A DNA stretch of 31,116 bases, taken from the NCBI GenBank assembly GCA_035635515.1, contig DASQAY010000059.1, forward strand, positions 1 to 31,116, read 5' to 3'. Positions within the stretch are counted from its first letter, which is position 1. The number at the start of each line of letters is the position of its first letter. The notes beneath the pieces are model-generated. The model worked only from the letters and a program-made list of their open reading frames with translations. It searched no databases and was not told the DNA's origin. The position numbers and the translations under genes were made by a program. Source of the DNA: Candidatus Eiseniibacteriota bacterium. GTDB lineage: Bacteria; Chloroflexota; Dormibacteria; CF-121. Below are positions 30,828-31,116 of the stretch, one piece after another.

Positions 30828-31116
30828 AGACGACGGAGGTCACGTCAGACGGGGCGACCGAGTGGGACCGGATGCTGGAGCAGCATCACGGCAGTCTGCT
30901 GCAGAGCTGGCGGTGGGGCGAGCTGCAGTCCCGCTTCGGCTGGCACGTGGAGCGAATGTGCTTCGACGACGGCGCGGCCGGCCTCTGCTCCTTGCAGCTG
31001 ACGCCGTCCCTGCTCCCCGGCGGCGCCATCGCCTACGTGCCGCGCGGGCCGGTCATCGTGGCGGCCAGCCGCGCGGAAGGACTCGACGTGCTGACCCAGC
31101 GGGCCCGGTCTCGGCG
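30824..31116 (+). CDS. Second FemABX-family protein (3' truncated by window; not in the ORF track)
   Basis: A GTG overlapping the previous stop gives MKTTEVTSDGATEWDRMLEQHHGSLLQSWRWGELQSRFGW...IAYVPRGPV. Confidence 0.88.
   Translation, partial: MKTTEVTSDGATEWDRMLEQHHGSLLQSWRWGELQSRFGWHVERMCFDDGAAGLCSLQLTPSLLPGGAIAYVPRGPVIVAASRAEGLDVLTQRARSR

Noticed and set aside
1-31116. tRNA, rRNA, tmRNA, SRP or RNase P RNA genes
   Set aside because: No intergenic gap shows a cloverleaf, T-loop or other signature I can recognise. A tRNAscan/Infernal run would be the formal test.

Overview
GC-rich bacterial chromosome segment spanning the replication origin. Left to right: nfeD(partial)-SPFH-CPBP protease-parA-parB, a parS cluster, then on the minus strand ndk, lepB, an M16 peptidase and jag-yidC-yidD-rnpA-rpmH, with one plus-strand orphan ORF between the peptidase and jag. 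A lone DHA2-type MFS gene splits the normally adjacent rpmH and dnaA. Next come dnaA, an oriC-like spacer, dnaN-recF-dciA(DUF721) and a UvrD helicase fused to an Fe-S PD-(D/E)XK nuclease. The right third is envelope-related: GT28 glycosyltransferase, TrkA-type K+ channel, MshA-like GT4, TetR-MMPL-MFS, an Ig/beta-propeller lipoprotein, a DUF4388-repeat protein and two FemABX-family genes. The short YidC and the gene set suggest a monoderm lineage, possibly Chloroflexota/Dormibacterota-like (inference only). I saw no rRNA, tRNA, CRISPR array or transposase. The strongest unexplained signals are non-coding. (1) A perfect 20-bp inverted repeat brackets the MFS gene and touches both the rpmH and dnaA promoters. 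(2) A 67-nt stem-loop begins exactly at a predicted transcription start upstream of the lipoprotein gene. (3) The parS cluster was built by a decayed ~120-bp duplication of the parB 3' end. (4) Three genes have conserved or clearly coding N-termini upstream of any ATG/GTG/TTG. All family calls come from motif recognition by eye; no searches were run.
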